Shown: positions 31,179 to 48,359, counted from the first letter of the stretch. The stretch: 64,000 bases of DNA from Eledone cirrhosa (GCA_964016885.1 OZ024749.1:30938001-31002000), one strand, 5' to 3'. The notes: generated by a model not told the origin, from the sequence alone. Program-made: numbers and translations.

Positions 31179-31944
31179 GCGTATGTATATTTTTGGTGGG
31201 ATATCAATATAACTGTACCTCTCTATATATCTAGTGTGGATATATGCACTTTGTAATCAATGAAATTTATGTGTTTTAACTATGCCAACATATATTTATC
31301 TGAGTCTGATTATTTATGCATAAACATATTTGATATTACTTTAGAGCGTACATATGCTATATTGTACTAAGTGCAATTTACAACACCGTACTATATTGTG
31401 TTGGATAAGTAGTATATTATCGCATTACTGTATTTAATTATCTTATTATAATTTTCATCTTTTGATATACTATCTTTCCTATGCATAACCTTAATTTATA
31501 TTCACCTAAAAACTCAATACAACACATTTATTTTGACATTCTGTTTAACTTCACTATACCAGATACATTCAACTATCAGTTTGACAATCCCTTTCCTCCT
31601 AATAGATTTTTATGCCAATTCTACTATTAAAACGATTCAACCATTCCTTTCAAAGGGTCATGACCTCCTCAACTAAAATGTATTACTTTTCATCTTAACA
31701 CCGTATGAATAAAAACAATTTGATTCGTTAGTTCTTCAACAACCTCCAATTAAGGACATGATTAACATACTACTAATTCTGAATAAAATTGTTATTGCTT
31801 TTGAAAAGACCTGGTGATATGCATGTAAGTAAATATTTTCTTTATCTGATATTTTGTAACTAACCTTACATAGATCGTAAAAACGATCGTAAAGCAGTGA
31901 AGTATATCTCTAATGACGGGATTTTTTTTATTTCACTGTTCTAA

Positions 31945-32000
<56 letters not shown>

Positions 32001-32021
32001 CACACACATATATATATATAT

Positions 32022-32096
<75 letters not shown>

Positions 32097-32713
32097 TATG
32101 TATATATATATATATGAGGGAGAGAGAGAGAGAGAGAGAGAAATGTGTTAGTGAGAGGGAAGAAGAAAGGGAAAGAGAGGGGGAGAGAGAGTGACAAAGC
32201 AGGACAGCTATAGATTAAATATATCCGTCTGTTCAATTTTTTCTTCTCTTCCAACTATTGACCAGTATACTACAGTAGTTTAGATTCATGCGTCATACAA
32301 AGAAAAATGGCCGTCTTTCTCGGCATACATAAAAAACACCAACAACAAAAAGAATAAAGAACCTTCCAGCTTACATTGGAGTGGCTGAGGATTTATATTT
32401 AAGCTGATTTAGATTATCTTTCCTCCTCGGTTTTGTCTTTTGGCGAATTCTTTTTTTTATCTTCTTTTTACCTTTTGTAAATACAATCACGTACCTGATA
32501 CACGAAGACTTAGAAACGAAACTTAAAGGAAGTTTTGTAGATATGCTGTATGGTGACATCAATATCATTATTTAAATTATTGATAAGCAACACATTGGTA
32601 TATGTACGTGTTTGTATTATATGTGTGTAATATGTATGTAAATGTTTATATCTATGTATATATATATATAATATGATATATATATATGTATATGTATATA
32701 TGTATATATATAA

Positions 32714-32786
<73 letters not shown>

Positions 32787-32803
32787 CATACACACACACA
32801 CAC

Positions 32804-34193
<1,390 letters not shown>

Positions 34194-34540
34194 TTATATA
34201 TAAAAATATGTATATATATATATATGATGACAGATAAGTTTCCAGTATAATGTGTTAGAAATATATAAAGGGTAGAGTATGACAAATAAAAAAAAAAAAA
34301 AATAATATATAAAGTAGTATATTTTAACGTGATATTTCAGTGCCAAGTCCCTCTGATCATATGTAAAAGGACAATATTCCATAACGATATTTTGTTACAT
34401 CATATGGGGAAATAATCCATTATTTCGGTTTTTTTAAATTTGTTATCATTTACATTTTATATATTTTTACCGCATTGAAACTTATTCTAATTTAATTATC
34501 TCATAATACTTCGTATTAAGTATAATATATATATATATGC

Positions 34541-34614
<74 letters not shown>

Positions 34615-34636
34615 ATATAATATATATATATATGTG

Positions 34637-35050
<414 letters not shown>

Positions 35051-35289
35051 CATATATATATATATATATATAACATATATATGTGTGTATATATATATAT
35101 GGATAGTTATATATGTAAATGGGCTTGAGTGGATATAGCATCTACTGAAGCGAAGTTAGTTGACGTCCTTACCTCGCATTAATGCACAACATTGCACGCT
35201 TGCAAGGGATGTGATGAGATAAATATAGATTTGATTGCTTGTTTGTTTATGTTAGGTAACCTTATTTATATATTTCTGTAGGTGCACGT

Positions 35290-35337
<48 letters not shown>

Positions 35338-36062
35338 ACACACATACACACACACATACACACACACATACATATATATATATATGTTTATATATGGCAG
35401 CGATGATGATGGACAGAGACCGTTGGAGAGAATACGTCCATGGATCCCGGGAATATTACCCGCCCTAGATAGATGGATATATGTGTGACTGTGTATGTGT
35501 GTGCATCTGTGTGTGTGTGCGTGTGTGTGCATGTGTGCGTGTTTACGCGTCTATGTGTGTCTGTGTGTGCGTGTGTGGAAAAGTTACATGAAAATAACAA
35601 AACGGCACTGTACATGGAAGAAATATATTAGTTTAACACTTTAAAATAAATGAGTGTGTGTACGTGTTTGTTTCTGTGTGAGTGTGTGTACATGTGCCTA
35701 TGCAAGAAAAGATGAGGCACATATACTCGTGTGGACAACCAATATACTAAAAAACTAACGGTGCGTCAAAACTATTTAAGAGCGATTTCATCAATCACCT
35801 TTTGATTAGCTTTTTGCTAAAGTGCATTTCGCAAAAATAAAACACACAACTTTCGGTAGTGTCCAAATCAACCAAATGGTTTCTGAAGGATCTCATCTTC
35901 TCAGGATATATTCCAATCACATGTCATCGTATTTTATTATTTTTTCCTCTCTGTATATGTTATATCTAGATGATAGGTGAAAGGAACAAAACGACCCTAA
36001 TGGTGGACATTATTATTTGAATTAACTAAGTGAGAAAAACCACACATCAGTTATATATATTT

Positions 36063-36126
<64 letters not shown>

Positions 36127-36144
36127 ATATACATACATGTATAT

Positions 36145-36191
<47 letters not shown>

Positions 36192-36192
36192 A

Positions 36193-36236
<44 letters not shown>

Positions 36237-36246
36237 GTGTATACAT

Positions 36247-36329
<83 letters not shown>

Positions 36330-36365
36330 TATATCTATTTATATATATATATATATGTATATATA

Positions 36366-36438
<73 letters not shown>

Positions 36439-36717
36439 TTATATTTCTATGGTTATGAATGGTCATTCTATCCTTGGAAAGGTTTTACCTCTGGTTTTAT
36501 TTGTTCTGCTTCCATGTAGCCAAGACATAAAAAGTATTTCAGTAATCGATAACTCTACATGCATATTTGTACATGTACTGTATATGTGCATGATAGTATG
36601 TGGAGCTATACATGTGTTGTTGAGCGTAGTCTTGTTGTAATGAGGGTATGCTAGTAAGTATGTATGTAATATATATTTATAAGCAATATAAATACAAGCA
36701 TACACACACACACATAC

Positions 36718-36812
<95 letters not shown>

Positions 36813-36920
36813 TACAAATATAAATTCACCGAGAATCGCATTTCGGCGGGTAGGAAAAGCGAAACGTAACGCAATTCAGAGTCATGCTGGCATATATAAA
36901 CATACATACACATACATAGA

Positions 36921-36956
<36 letters not shown>

Positions 36957-37019
36957 TATAGTCGCATATATGTTATAGAATGCCGTTAGCTTCTTGCTAA
37001 AACAATCTCTATACCTCTC

Positions 37020-37366
<347 letters not shown>

Positions 37367-38039
37367 CATCTATGTATGTGTATGTATGTTTATATATGCT
37401 TGTAGGATTATATGTATTCTTTGTGCTGTTCTACATGTTTCGTGGTTTGATTCGGAAGATAGATGACTTTCAGCATTCTGCTTTACCCTATCATCAGGCC
37501 GTATGTACCAACTAAAGCGATTGATGTACAGCACGCTTCTCATTATCAAAGTAATGTATATTAAAATCCTTTAAATCTGTGCTATTGATTTATGCATCAA
37601 AGCAATGATTTGTCACAGCTGCTTGGAGCTTCGTTGTTAAAAATATCACTGAAGTCAAAAAGAAAAATCTTCCTACCATGTTTTTTATATGTAACAAGGC
37701 CTTTCATATCATATTTCATGCCATTGTAATGACAATGATGATGCAGCGCAATCCTTCATCATTTTTCATTTTTAGTTGAATTGACTTCTTAACAGAAAAC
37801 GTGATTAGTTGCTTCAAAATGCATTGCGCCACTCGAGCGTGAGATCCTATCCCCGAATTAATGATCGTGTACCTCAAATCTCTAACTACTATTAGCCTTC
37901 AAATCTCTAACTACTATTAGCCTTCAATATTCTATCTATAGAACAACTCACAGTATTTAAATAGGTTCTATTGACCTCTGTGTACACATCTTTACAGAAT
38001 TTAAGATTTTGCCTCCTTGGTCAGTTGTTGGTACTGAGG

Positions 38040-38550
38040 TAAATTTAGGGAACAATATCATCTGAAACGTGGTGACCAATGGTAGCCGGTGGAAATCAAT
38101 ATAAACTGAGTATTTTTGTCCGGTAATGTTCAGTATAGGACAACTCCACCTGGGAATTGATGTCCGGTTATGCTCAGTATAGAACTTCACCTGTGTCTTG
38201 TCCAGTGGTACTAAGTATAGAACAACATTACACAGATCCTGTTGTCCGGTCAGGTTCATTGTAGGATATCATTACCTGGGACATTTTTGTCCGGTCATGT
38301 TTACTATAGAAAACATCAACTAGGACCTGTTTGTCCGATGACATTAAATTGTCTACAACATCACTGGAGATGGTGTCCGGTGATGTCCATTAAGCAACAA
38401 CAACATCACCTTTGACATTTGTCCAGCAGTGACGTTTAGAATACAACTGGAACTTCTTATTCGGTGACACCCAACATACAACAGCATCACCTGGCGTAAT
38501 TTTCTCCTGTGGTGCTCACTACAGAACGTCATCAGCTGGAATGTTACTGG
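38040..38550. repeat. Degenerate ~42-bp minisatellite
   Basis: Recurrent aacaacatcacctg...tgtccggt...tatag units. Confidence 0.65.
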
Positions 38551-39100
38551 TACCCCGTAAGGATGAAAGGCAAAACTAACCTCGGGGGGGACTTGAATTT
38601 AGAACACAAAGGGTCATAACTATGCCGAAAAGCATGTTTTCAGGCGACTCGCACCACCGTCATAATAATAATAATGATAACCATGATGATGATGATGATG
38701 ATGATGATTAGTATGATGATAATGTTTCTACTTTTGGCACAAGACCAGCAATTACCCCAGTGCAATACTGGTTCTATATGTTATCGACCCATAAGTATGA
38801 AAGGCAAGTTAACCTCGGCGGCATTTGAATTCAGGACGTAAAGGGCCATAACTCTGCTGCAAATGATGGTGTCTAACGCTCTGCCGATACTGCCAAACCA
38901 CCGCCCTATTAATATTAATAATTGTTTCTACTTTTGGCACAAGGCCAGCACTTTCCCCTGTGCATTACTGGTACTTTATTTTACCGACCCCGTAAGGATG
39001 AACAGCAAAGTTAACCTCGGTGAGATTTGAACTCAGACCATAAAGGGTCGTAACTCTATGCTGCGAAGTTTGGCGTTCGACCATATAGCGATACCATCCA
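38546..39100 (-). mobile_element. Three SINE copies (38546-38660, 38723-38906, 38920-39100)
   Basis: Consensus matches on the minus strand. Confidence 0.75.
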
Positions 39101-39619
39101 TGGATTTAATATTAATATCAATAATAATAATAACAGTTTAGAAAGCGCCAGCAATATTTCAGGGAAAAGGAAAGTCGATTAAATTGATTCCTAGAATTGG
39201 GAACTGAAACAGGCAAAGAATTGAGAAAGAACCAATAAAAGGAATGGGAATCAGATTATCAGAGCAGAACCAATCAGAGAATTAGATCAGAACAAAATCA
39301 TGCAATTACTGAGAACCAATCAAATAATGAGAAAAAGAGACCGACATATTAAATTAGACTCATACTGAGAAGTCGGGGAACTAGAAGAGAAATGGAGGTT
39401 GAAGTAGTTGCTGTATTGATGTATGTGATAAGATACAAACATATGAAAATTGAAAAGGAAAATGAGAACTGAACGTTGTTGAGCCTCCGTCGGTTTGACG
39501 ATGAGTGTACTAGTTGATTCCATCATTGGAAAAGACTGCGTGTAATATTAACATGTAAGTGGCTGAGCATTTTACACACATTTACAGTTTTAACGTAGTT
39601 CTCAAGGAAATTCAGTATT

Positions 39620-39802
39620 ATTGGTAGTATCGGTAGAGTGTCAGACACCATGCATTGCAGCATAGCTACGCCCTTTTACGGTCTGACTTCAAATCCCGCC
39701 GAGGTTAACTTTGCCTTTCATCCTTACGGGGTCGATAAAATAAAGTACCACTAATGTACTGGGATAATTACTGGCCTTGTGCCAAACAATAGAAACAATT
39801 AT
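39620..39802 (+). mobile_element. SINE copy
   Basis: Consensus match. Confidence 0.8.
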
Positions 39803-39858
39803 TTAAAACTGGAGTAACCTGAAATAATGAAATAACTGTACAAAACACAAGAACAGAA

Positions 39859-39930
39859 CGTACCACTGGGAATCGAACACCGGGCCTTATGATCGTAGGC
39901 CGAACAGCTTTACCATTAAGTGACGTGTCC
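39859..39930 (-). pseudogene. tRNA-like sequence (tRNA pseudogene or SINE head)
   Basis: Minus strand ...cttaatggtaaagc...gtgttcgattccc with A/B-box-like motifs. The acceptor stem pairs poorly. Confidence 0.4.
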
Positions 39931-41000
39931 TCGTTTTAGAACACAATACTACGTTATTATTTGAGTAGAGCCTACACAATTATGAGCTGAAAGACTCCAA
40001 AAACTACATAATGATTATATATAAACTGTCTAGCCTCAACACTAAAATAAAATATATAAGATAGTTGTAAAAAATTCGGAGTTTAAGCGATAGGAAATCT
40101 AAACAAACTTCTCGTTTCAAAACTAACACTTTAATGTCAATGTAGATAGTATATACCTACCATACTCATAACAAATACTGACAAACAATAGAGATTCATG
40201 ATAAAGTAACTAATGAAGGTGTAGATAACTATCTAGATGTAAGCCAAGGTAGAGTGATTAATATAATAATATAGTAATGTAATAATAAGAGACATTTACA
40301 TAAAAATAGAGCAAAACCGAATTTTCTTTATTTACAATTACATAATAAAAGGATAAACTAGAAGATAAGTACTTTGAGGGAATTGGTTTATATAAACACA
40401 CAACAACGACAACATACATAAATGAAAAAGTAATATAATCTTATCTGATAGTCAATATATACAGAGGAATACGAAATGAAGAAAAAAAACAACCGTTTTC
40501 ATAATCAGTATTCGACAAGAATGAACACAAAGATATTCAACTAATATGGTAACTAAGTGGAGTTCGCGCATTTTAGTGGGATACTGATAATATTTGGAGA
40601 AGGTTTGGGCAATTAAAGAATAAATAAAGGAAAAATAAGACAACAGAAAAGGTCAAGTCGATACCATACGGAACTACTGTTATACATGTATCTTAATAAG
40701 TTTACCTTTTCTTGCCAACAAATTATCTTGCGCTAGATTAACATCCGGGCCAACAAACAAGGAAGAAATCTCTAAACGAAACAGCTATTTAACAATATCG
40801 AAGACAACTGTTTGATTTGATAACCAATACTCTATTTGGCGAAATAATATAGAACCCCAACAAGCATCTGCCATTACCCATTCTTGCCACTGAAAAACAG
40901 TTACGACTCCTCTATACAGTATCGATTGTCATTTACAAAAGATTGCCATTCTTATAAAAATCTTGAAATCAGGCCCATCCGTGATTATTACCGTGATTAT

Positions 41001-41179
41001 TACCGTGCGTCGAAGACACTTCGTCCTCGAGGACGCACCCTAATTTTTGACAGCCAATAATAAAAAATAAAACAATTACAAATAATAAATAAACAACCTT
41101 CGGCCTCCAGGACGCATGGTAGATTTGTGAGGCTTATTTTAGGAAAAAGGTAGCGTCTTGGATACCGGGAAATACGGTA
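41001..41179. mobile_element. Probable pogo/Tigger-like MITE remnant
   Basis: The ends are TACCGT... and ...GGAAATACGGTA, with internal GACGCA motifs. Confidence 0.4.
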
Positions 41180-41965
41180 TATAAAACTCAGAGACAAAAG
41201 GTTGTTGTATAAACGTAAAGGCAATAAAAGTTCCATGTGACTGACAGTAGATAAAGAGAGTGAGAGCGAATAAGACTAGAGGAAGCGGTTTTGGCGGATT
41301 TTTTACATCATCCACTAGTATTTATTAACCGCAAAGTTGGGCATGTAGCATTGGGATATTTATTGGTCGGTCAGATAATCTATCTTATCTTCTCCCAGGT
41401 TCCTTTAACAACCCCGAGCAACATTGAATAAAATATGCAATAAGAACGATAAAACGATTACGATGAAGATGACAATTATAAAAATAACGACGCAAGAAGT
41501 ACTAATAAGAACAATAATATATTGTTTTCTTTAGGATAAGTATTGGAGAGAGATTTAATGAAAAGCCAACATAATTACATCAAAACATATAATTGGAATT
41601 ATTATAAACAATAATATTTAATTAAATAAACATACGCGTAATGCGTAAACAATTTTCTTTCAAATTAATATATTATATGAGCGTGTGGTTGTTGACCTAA
41701 TATGTCAGTTCAGCTAGTTCGCGGCGTGGGTTGGAATCATAGCTGAACACTTGGACTGTATCCAGAAGCATCCCATTTATTGCCATTCTTTAAAAATACA
41801 ACAAAAGCATAACAGCATCAACAAATACTAATAACATATGCTGATTTACGTAAAAGGGAATCGGACAGGGCCCGCTGGAAGGAGTGTTTGGAGACTCTGT
41901 CACCAGCACACTCTTAGGAATAATTGGACGAAGAAGAGTAAAAATAATAGTAATAATAATAATTA

Positions 41966-42061
41966 GAAGAAGAAGAAGAAGAAGAAGAAGAAGAAGAAGA
42001 AGAAGAAGAAGAAGAAGAAGAAGAAGAAGAAGAAGAAGAAGAAGAAGAAGAAGAAGAAGAA
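41966..42061. repeat. (AGA)n microsatellite; another at 46876-46996
   Basis: Direct reading. Confidence 0.95.
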
Positions 42062-42649
42062 GGCAAACTTATATAAAATGCATTACGTATGCCCGATAAA
42101 ATATTCTTTGAATTTCTAAATTACCTCACGCTCTTTTTGTCATTTCATATATGTAACAACATGTTCGGTAAAGAAATCATTACGGTATTAATATATTGGT
42201 ATCGATATCATTACATTAAGTATTAGTGAAGTGATATCAAATCGATAAAACATATACGAAGAAAAAAATCAAATAAGAATTTTATCGTTAATTCATTCTT
42301 TTCTTAGGATGTTTGTTACATATATTTCTTTTAGTTAATACTAGCAGAATGACCCGGCATTGCTCGGGATTCTAAACAGATATTGGTATGTTTATCCCTC
42401 CTTTCTGAAACAGTCTCATCGTATGTTCACCAATTGATGCAGAAGTCCTAATAAAAAGTGAAGTCGCCTTGGGTGAATAGGCAAATAATTTTCCATTAAG
42501 ACTTTTCAAAAGCATGTAATTGCGTTCCTTCTATTTTTGTTTTGTTGTTGTTTTTGCTGCTGTCGAGCCTCGTGAAATAAATACGTTTGTTTATATATTG
42601 TTATTGTGTATGCAAAAATATCTGTACACGAATATATAATTATATATTT

Positions 42650-42895
42650 CTACGAACCAAAGTATCGTCTTCCTGTCTTCCTCCGGTTGCAACGTTTCTT
42701 GAAATATTCACTTCTGCGTTCACAGATTGACCTTGTTAGTTTCAGAAGATCCCGTTAAGGGTGAAAGCAGCGATTCTTTGCTTAAACTTTAATCTGTTAT
42801 TTTAATAAATATTTGCTCTACGGTTCTTATATATTTGATATATATTTATCCTTATCGAGCCCTCTTTGGATTTTAGTCTTCAAATTTAGTATTAT

Positions 42896-42959
<64 letters not shown>

Positions 42960-43065
42960 CAGATTAATTTTAAGCGAGGAATCGCTGCTTTCATCCTTAA
43001 CCGGATCTTCTGAAACTAAAAAAATCAATCGGTGAACGCAGAAGTAAATATTTCGAAAAACGTTA
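42650..43065. mobile_element. Family C elements facing each other across (TA)n; other pieces at 7946-8030, 30660-30755, 31002-31105, 48690-48762 and 49632-49810
   Basis: The copies share sequence gcagcgattctttgcttaaac...aatctgttatttt and the tail ...ggattttagtcttcaaattt...tattacta. Confidence 0.8.
42738..42788 (+). ncRNA. Hammerhead-like fold with CAGAAGA core (family C); related copies at ~42967-43017(-), ~48697-48747(+) and ~49653-49703(-)
   Basis: agttt CAGAAGA tccc gttaa gggt GAAA gca gcgattctt tgc TT aaact. Confidence 0.6.
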
Positions 43066-43665
43066 CACACTATTTATATATATATGCACACTGTATATAC
43101 ATATATACACACACACACAGATAGGAAATTAATCTCGTAATGCAGACAGCCAGACATACATACGGTATTATAAGGGCGCGACATTATAGCTCTGTACCGA
43201 TCTATAAAGACAGACTACGAAAGACAGAGAGATTGCTAAACGGCCCATAATGCGGTCGCTTGGGCAGTGAAAAGTCAGTTGGGTGTTTCTAAAGATTTAG
43301 AGAGACTGACATTCTCTGTTTTAGATATATAGATTTTCTTCAAAATGTGTGTGAGTTTTAAGAAACTTTATAGATAAGACGAATATCTCGTGTTTTGCCC
43401 GACATCAGCAAGTTGAAATATACAATGGTTTGATTAATAATTCATATAGAGTCTGTCATTTTACTCTCAGTTACATAACTGCTTACATTAGTTACATTCA
43501 TGGGGTTGATGGTGGAGGTAATACATATGTACATACACACACACACACTGACATACACACATGCACCCACATACTCACATACACATGCAAACACGCGCGC
43601 GCACATTTGTATATATATATATATACATACATATATATATATATATATACAGTATATGTAGGTGT

Positions 43666-43708
<43 letters not shown>

Positions 43709-44176
43709 TAAAGTTAGTCCTTCATCAGTGATCTTCCAACCATCATTGGTATTTCATCCCTTTAAAGACCATATACCTCCGGTTGGTGCGAGCAACGGCT
43801 AAAAAAAGTCGTTGGGACACGTAAATAAAGGGGACAGCGAGAGTGTAAACAAACAAAGATGGTGAAGTAACGAAAAGTGAGGAAGAACTAGTCAAGTCCC
43901 AAATTCCCATGAATATAAGTTCGGTGAAATCGTGAACGAGAGAGAATAAAGACCATCAAACCTGGTTGGAATGTGAGCAAGGAAGGAATTCCGTACAGGT
44001 CTAGCGAGAGGAAGAAGGAATCTAGTTTGTGAATTCGGTGAACATAAGTTCTGTGAAATCGTAGACGAGAGAGAGAAAAAAGGCAAACCAGCCTGACCAA
44101 GCGTGCGAAAGAAAATAATTACGCACAGGTCAAACGGGAAGAAGGAGGAGGAGGAGAGGTAGTAACAGAGAGTGAG

Positions 44177-44244
<68 letters not shown>

Positions 44245-44461
44245 TGTTATACTTTGGGAGGGTCATGTTGCCAATAAGAAACACACGCACCAACCGATTT
44301 CACTTCAATTTATAAATAATAAATTGAAGTGAAAGCAACTGGTGCGTGTGTTTGTTATTGGCAACATGACCCTCACAAAGTATAACAATATCGGTTTCAA
44401 CATACGATTTCAGATAAAGAATCTTGCTAAACAAATTCAGAAATGAAATATATATATACAA

Positions 44462-44737
44462 TTATATTTAAAAAATGAAAACTATATTTATAAAACCATA
44501 TCTATTCTATTATATATATTTCAAGCGTACCAAACATTTGGTACGCTTCCATCAGATAAAATACAAAGTGTGTTTTATAAATTTTGACATACCCAAGGAA
44601 CATACCTTATGAGTTGAATTTTCCTTGGATATTATTTAATATCATTGAACATTTACTCCAAATCTGCCGAGTGCTCTGAATCAGTTATAAACATTTATAT
44701 TTGTTGAATTACCAATAAATTAAATATCCCTTCTGCG

Positions 44738-44740
<3 letters not shown>
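44462..44740. mobile_element. Family D3 composite element; inverted duplicate at 45943-46220
   Basis: An inverted HHR segment is joined to a D-type tail, and the whole unit recurs as a reverse complement. Confidence 0.8.
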
Positions 44741-44776
<36 letters not shown>

Positions 44777-44831
44777 TTTCTGAATTTGTTTAGCAAGATT
44801 CTTTATCTGAAAACGTGTGTTGATACCGATA

Positions 44832-45132
44832 TTGTTATACTTTGGGAGGGTTATGTTGCCAATAAGAAACACACTTACCAGTTGCTTTCACTTCAATTTA
44901 TTATAATAAATTTATAAATTTATGAATTTATAAATTTCCGGTTGGTTGGTTGGTTCCACAACCAGATGGTTGTTTATATATTGTCAACATTCTTTCGTCA
45001 CACATTCTCTGACCTCTACAGTGACTGGGGATTCTTTTCTTTGTTTGTATGCCTCTCCTTTGTTCTGTCTTACGCCATCTTGTTTCTGTGTGAGTGTTGT
45101 TTCTTATTGGCATCATGACCCTCCCAAAGTAT

Positions 45133-45137
<5 letters not shown>
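44832..45137 (-). repeat. ~305-bp element with ~40-bp terminal inverted repeats (TGTTATAC...GTATAACA); shorter copy at 44244-44388 and diverged end at ~1871-1990
   Basis: The TIR is TTGTTATACTTTGGGAGGGT(C/T)ATG(T/A)TGCCAATAAGAAAC. The minus strand has internal TATATAAA and AATAAA. Confidence 0.6.
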
Positions 45138-45194
<57 letters not shown>

Positions 45195-45196
<2 letters not shown>

Positions 45197-45928
45197 CGGA
45201 GGAAATGTGGTAAGGAACCAGGTGGACCATAACGCACCAAAGTACTCAATATGTAGGGTAGTAGAGTGGGTAATAGGAACGAGTAGGACCCCGACGGCTG
45301 AGCTCAAGCTGTTTCGACGGCTAATTCTGGACTAAATTATTTCGTGGTAGTTTCTTTAATATTTTGGCCCCTCACTTGTTGACCTGTCACCGTAAGATAT
45401 ACTCGGTTTATTATTTATACCTCTTAAAAAGGTCTCATTATAATTCTGTCCCACCTAGTAAACCTTTCTTTAGCCTAGCAGTACCAGTGAGAGACTTAGG
45501 TCGTAGTAACCAGAAATTGTGTTTTTTTACATTTAATTGCTTTTTAACACTCTCGGTATTTTTCTATATATTTACCCCATATTGTTTTACTAATTGTTTC
45601 GACTTCCTCCCCCTCCCTAGTATCTGCTTTGACCTCATGCCCAGCTGTAGTCGGCATTATCAACGCATGACTGGGTCTCCTCCACCCCTCTCCCTCTTTC
45701 TCCTACTGGCAGGTTCAGCTACACCTCGCTCCACAAATTGCCATCATAGAATTAGTATGTCTCAACAACAAACTTTTGACCAATCCTCGTGACAATCACT
45801 TTTACCATATATGGAATTATCCCTTGAGAAGGTCGGCTATTCAAATACCAGGATAACAATATTCATTTAGTCCAGAAATAGCCGTCGAAACGGCTTGAGC
45901 TCAGCCGTCGGGTTCCTACTCGTTCCTA
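45195..45928. mobile_element. Family A fold-back copy with a long pLTR arm
   Basis: The tail arm (minus) spans 45195-45338. The plus arm is homologous to 54075-54740, has an HHR at 45819 and ends GTTCCTA-(TA)n. Confidence 0.85.
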
Positions 45929-46116
45929 TATATATATACATAAGCAGAAGGAATATTTAATTTGTTGGCAATTCAACAAATATAAATGTTTATAACTGAT
46001 TCAGACCACTCGACAGTTTGGGAGTAAATATTCAATGATATTAAATAATATCCAAGGAAAATTCAACTCATCAGGTATGTTCCTTGGGTATGTCAAAATT
46101 TATAAAACACACTTTG

Positions 46117-46178
46117 TATTTTATCTGATGGAAGCGTACCAAAGTTTTTGGTACGCTTGAAATATATATAATAGAATA
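46117..46178 (+). ncRNA. Hammerhead-like fold (family D3, core CUGAUGG); inverted copy at 44503-44563
   Basis: tattttat CTGATGG aagcgtacca aagtttt tggtacgctt GAAA tatata TA atagaata. Helix II is a perfect 10 bp and helix I is 8 bp. Confidence 0.65.
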
Positions 46179-46223
46179 GATATGGATTTATAAATATAAT
46201 TTCCATTTTTTTAATATAATTGT

Positions 46224-46286
<63 letters not shown>

Positions 46287-46287
46287 T

Positions 46288-46319
<32 letters not shown>

Positions 46320-46358
46320 GTATGTATATATATATGTATATATGTATATATATATGTA

Positions 46359-46420
<62 letters not shown>

Positions 46421-46486
46421 TACATATACATATACTGTATATATATGTATGTATATATATATATATATATATATATACGTATATAT

Positions 46487-46565
<79 letters not shown>

Positions 46566-47431
46566 GTATGTATATATATATATACAAATGTGCGCACGGG
46601 TGTGTGCATGTGTATGTGAGTATGTGGGTGCATGTGTGTATGTCAGTGTCTGTGTGTGTATGTACATATGCGTGTGTCTGTGTAACAAGAGACTTCTGCT
46701 CAGTTGGAATGTCGTATTGATTATTGATTGTAATAAAAGTCGATGAAGCAAAACAGTGTGCAGTAGATTTTTAAATTGATCTTCGATTAGTAATCGGGAA
46801 CAACTGTGTTGCCCCACCCCCACTTATTCCATAACAACAAAAACAACATCAACACAATTACTAATAATAATATTGAGAAGAAGAAGAAGAAGAAGAAGAA
46901 GTAGAAGAAGAAGAAGAAGAAGAAGAAGAAGAAGAAGAAGAAGAAGAAGAAGAAGAAGAAGAAGAAGAAGAAGAAGAAGAAGAAGAAGAAGAAGAACGGA
47001 CAGACGTAAAAAAGCACTAAATAAAATACTTCCACAGAAGTTTAAATTGTCTCCAGCTTGTATCATTTTATTTTATTACATTAAATGTTTTATTTTTAGT
47101 TCTATTTTTTTTTAAAGGAAAAATTCAAACTAAAAGACGCGCAGAAAATGAATGTCCCGCAGCAAATACAGACGGAACATCACCCAACGTTAAGTCGTTC
47201 AAGTGGCGATTGAAGCTCAATTAAACAACAGCATTGTGCAGTGGTATTTCTTTTACATTCATATATAAACATACATACACACGCTACCATACGCACATAA
47301 ATACAAACGCGCATATGTAAGTTCATCTATGTTTATATATATATATATATATAAACATAATGTGTGTGTATGTATATATACACACACATACACGCACATA
47401 TTTATATATATATAAACACACACACACACAC

Positions 47432-47483
<52 letters not shown>

Positions 47484-47484
47484 T

Positions 47485-47536
<52 letters not shown>

Positions 47537-47968
47537 TTTATGTATACATTTTATATTTATACTTTGGAATTCCCATATTCTTACGTGTGTTATATGTAGT
47601 ATCTGTATTTATTTATTTATTTATTTATTTATTTAGTGAGTTTGTTTGTTTTGAAAAAAAAGATGAGGTGGAGGAGAGAGAAAGGCAAACATATCCAAGC
47701 AAATGATAAAATAAGAGATTAAAAAAAAAGTTGAAAAAAAAAGTCGAGAAGATCATTCAAAATTTAATCAATCATTTGATTTGTTTCGAATTTTTACCTG
47801 CTTGCAACTTTGGCTTGCTGAACTATAAAAATCAATTGTGGTTTTATATAAAAGGAAACAAACGTAAAGAGGAAAGAAGAGGATAAATGTTCCAGAAGAA
47901 AAAAAAATCACAAAAAAGTATAATTCAAATAAAACGGACGTTTGTTTTTCATTAGTTTTCAAGATTTA

Positions 47969-48061
<93 letters not shown>

Positions 48062-48083
48062 ATGTATATTGATATATATATAT

Positions 48084-48115
<32 letters not shown>

Positions 48116-48176
48116 TTTATATATATATGTATGCATATAAATATATATATATATATATATTTATGTATATATATAT

Positions 48177-48265
<89 letters not shown>

Positions 48266-48316
48266 CATACATATATAAAGAGAGCAATAGGGAGAGAGAG
48301 AGAGAGAGAGAGAGAG

Positions 48317-48359
<43 letters not shown>

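Noticed and set aside
42339-42372. ACTAGCAGAATGACCCGGCATTGCTCGGG, resembling a Helitron-type terminus with hairpin
   Set aside because: No matching other end or second copy is identifiable in the window.
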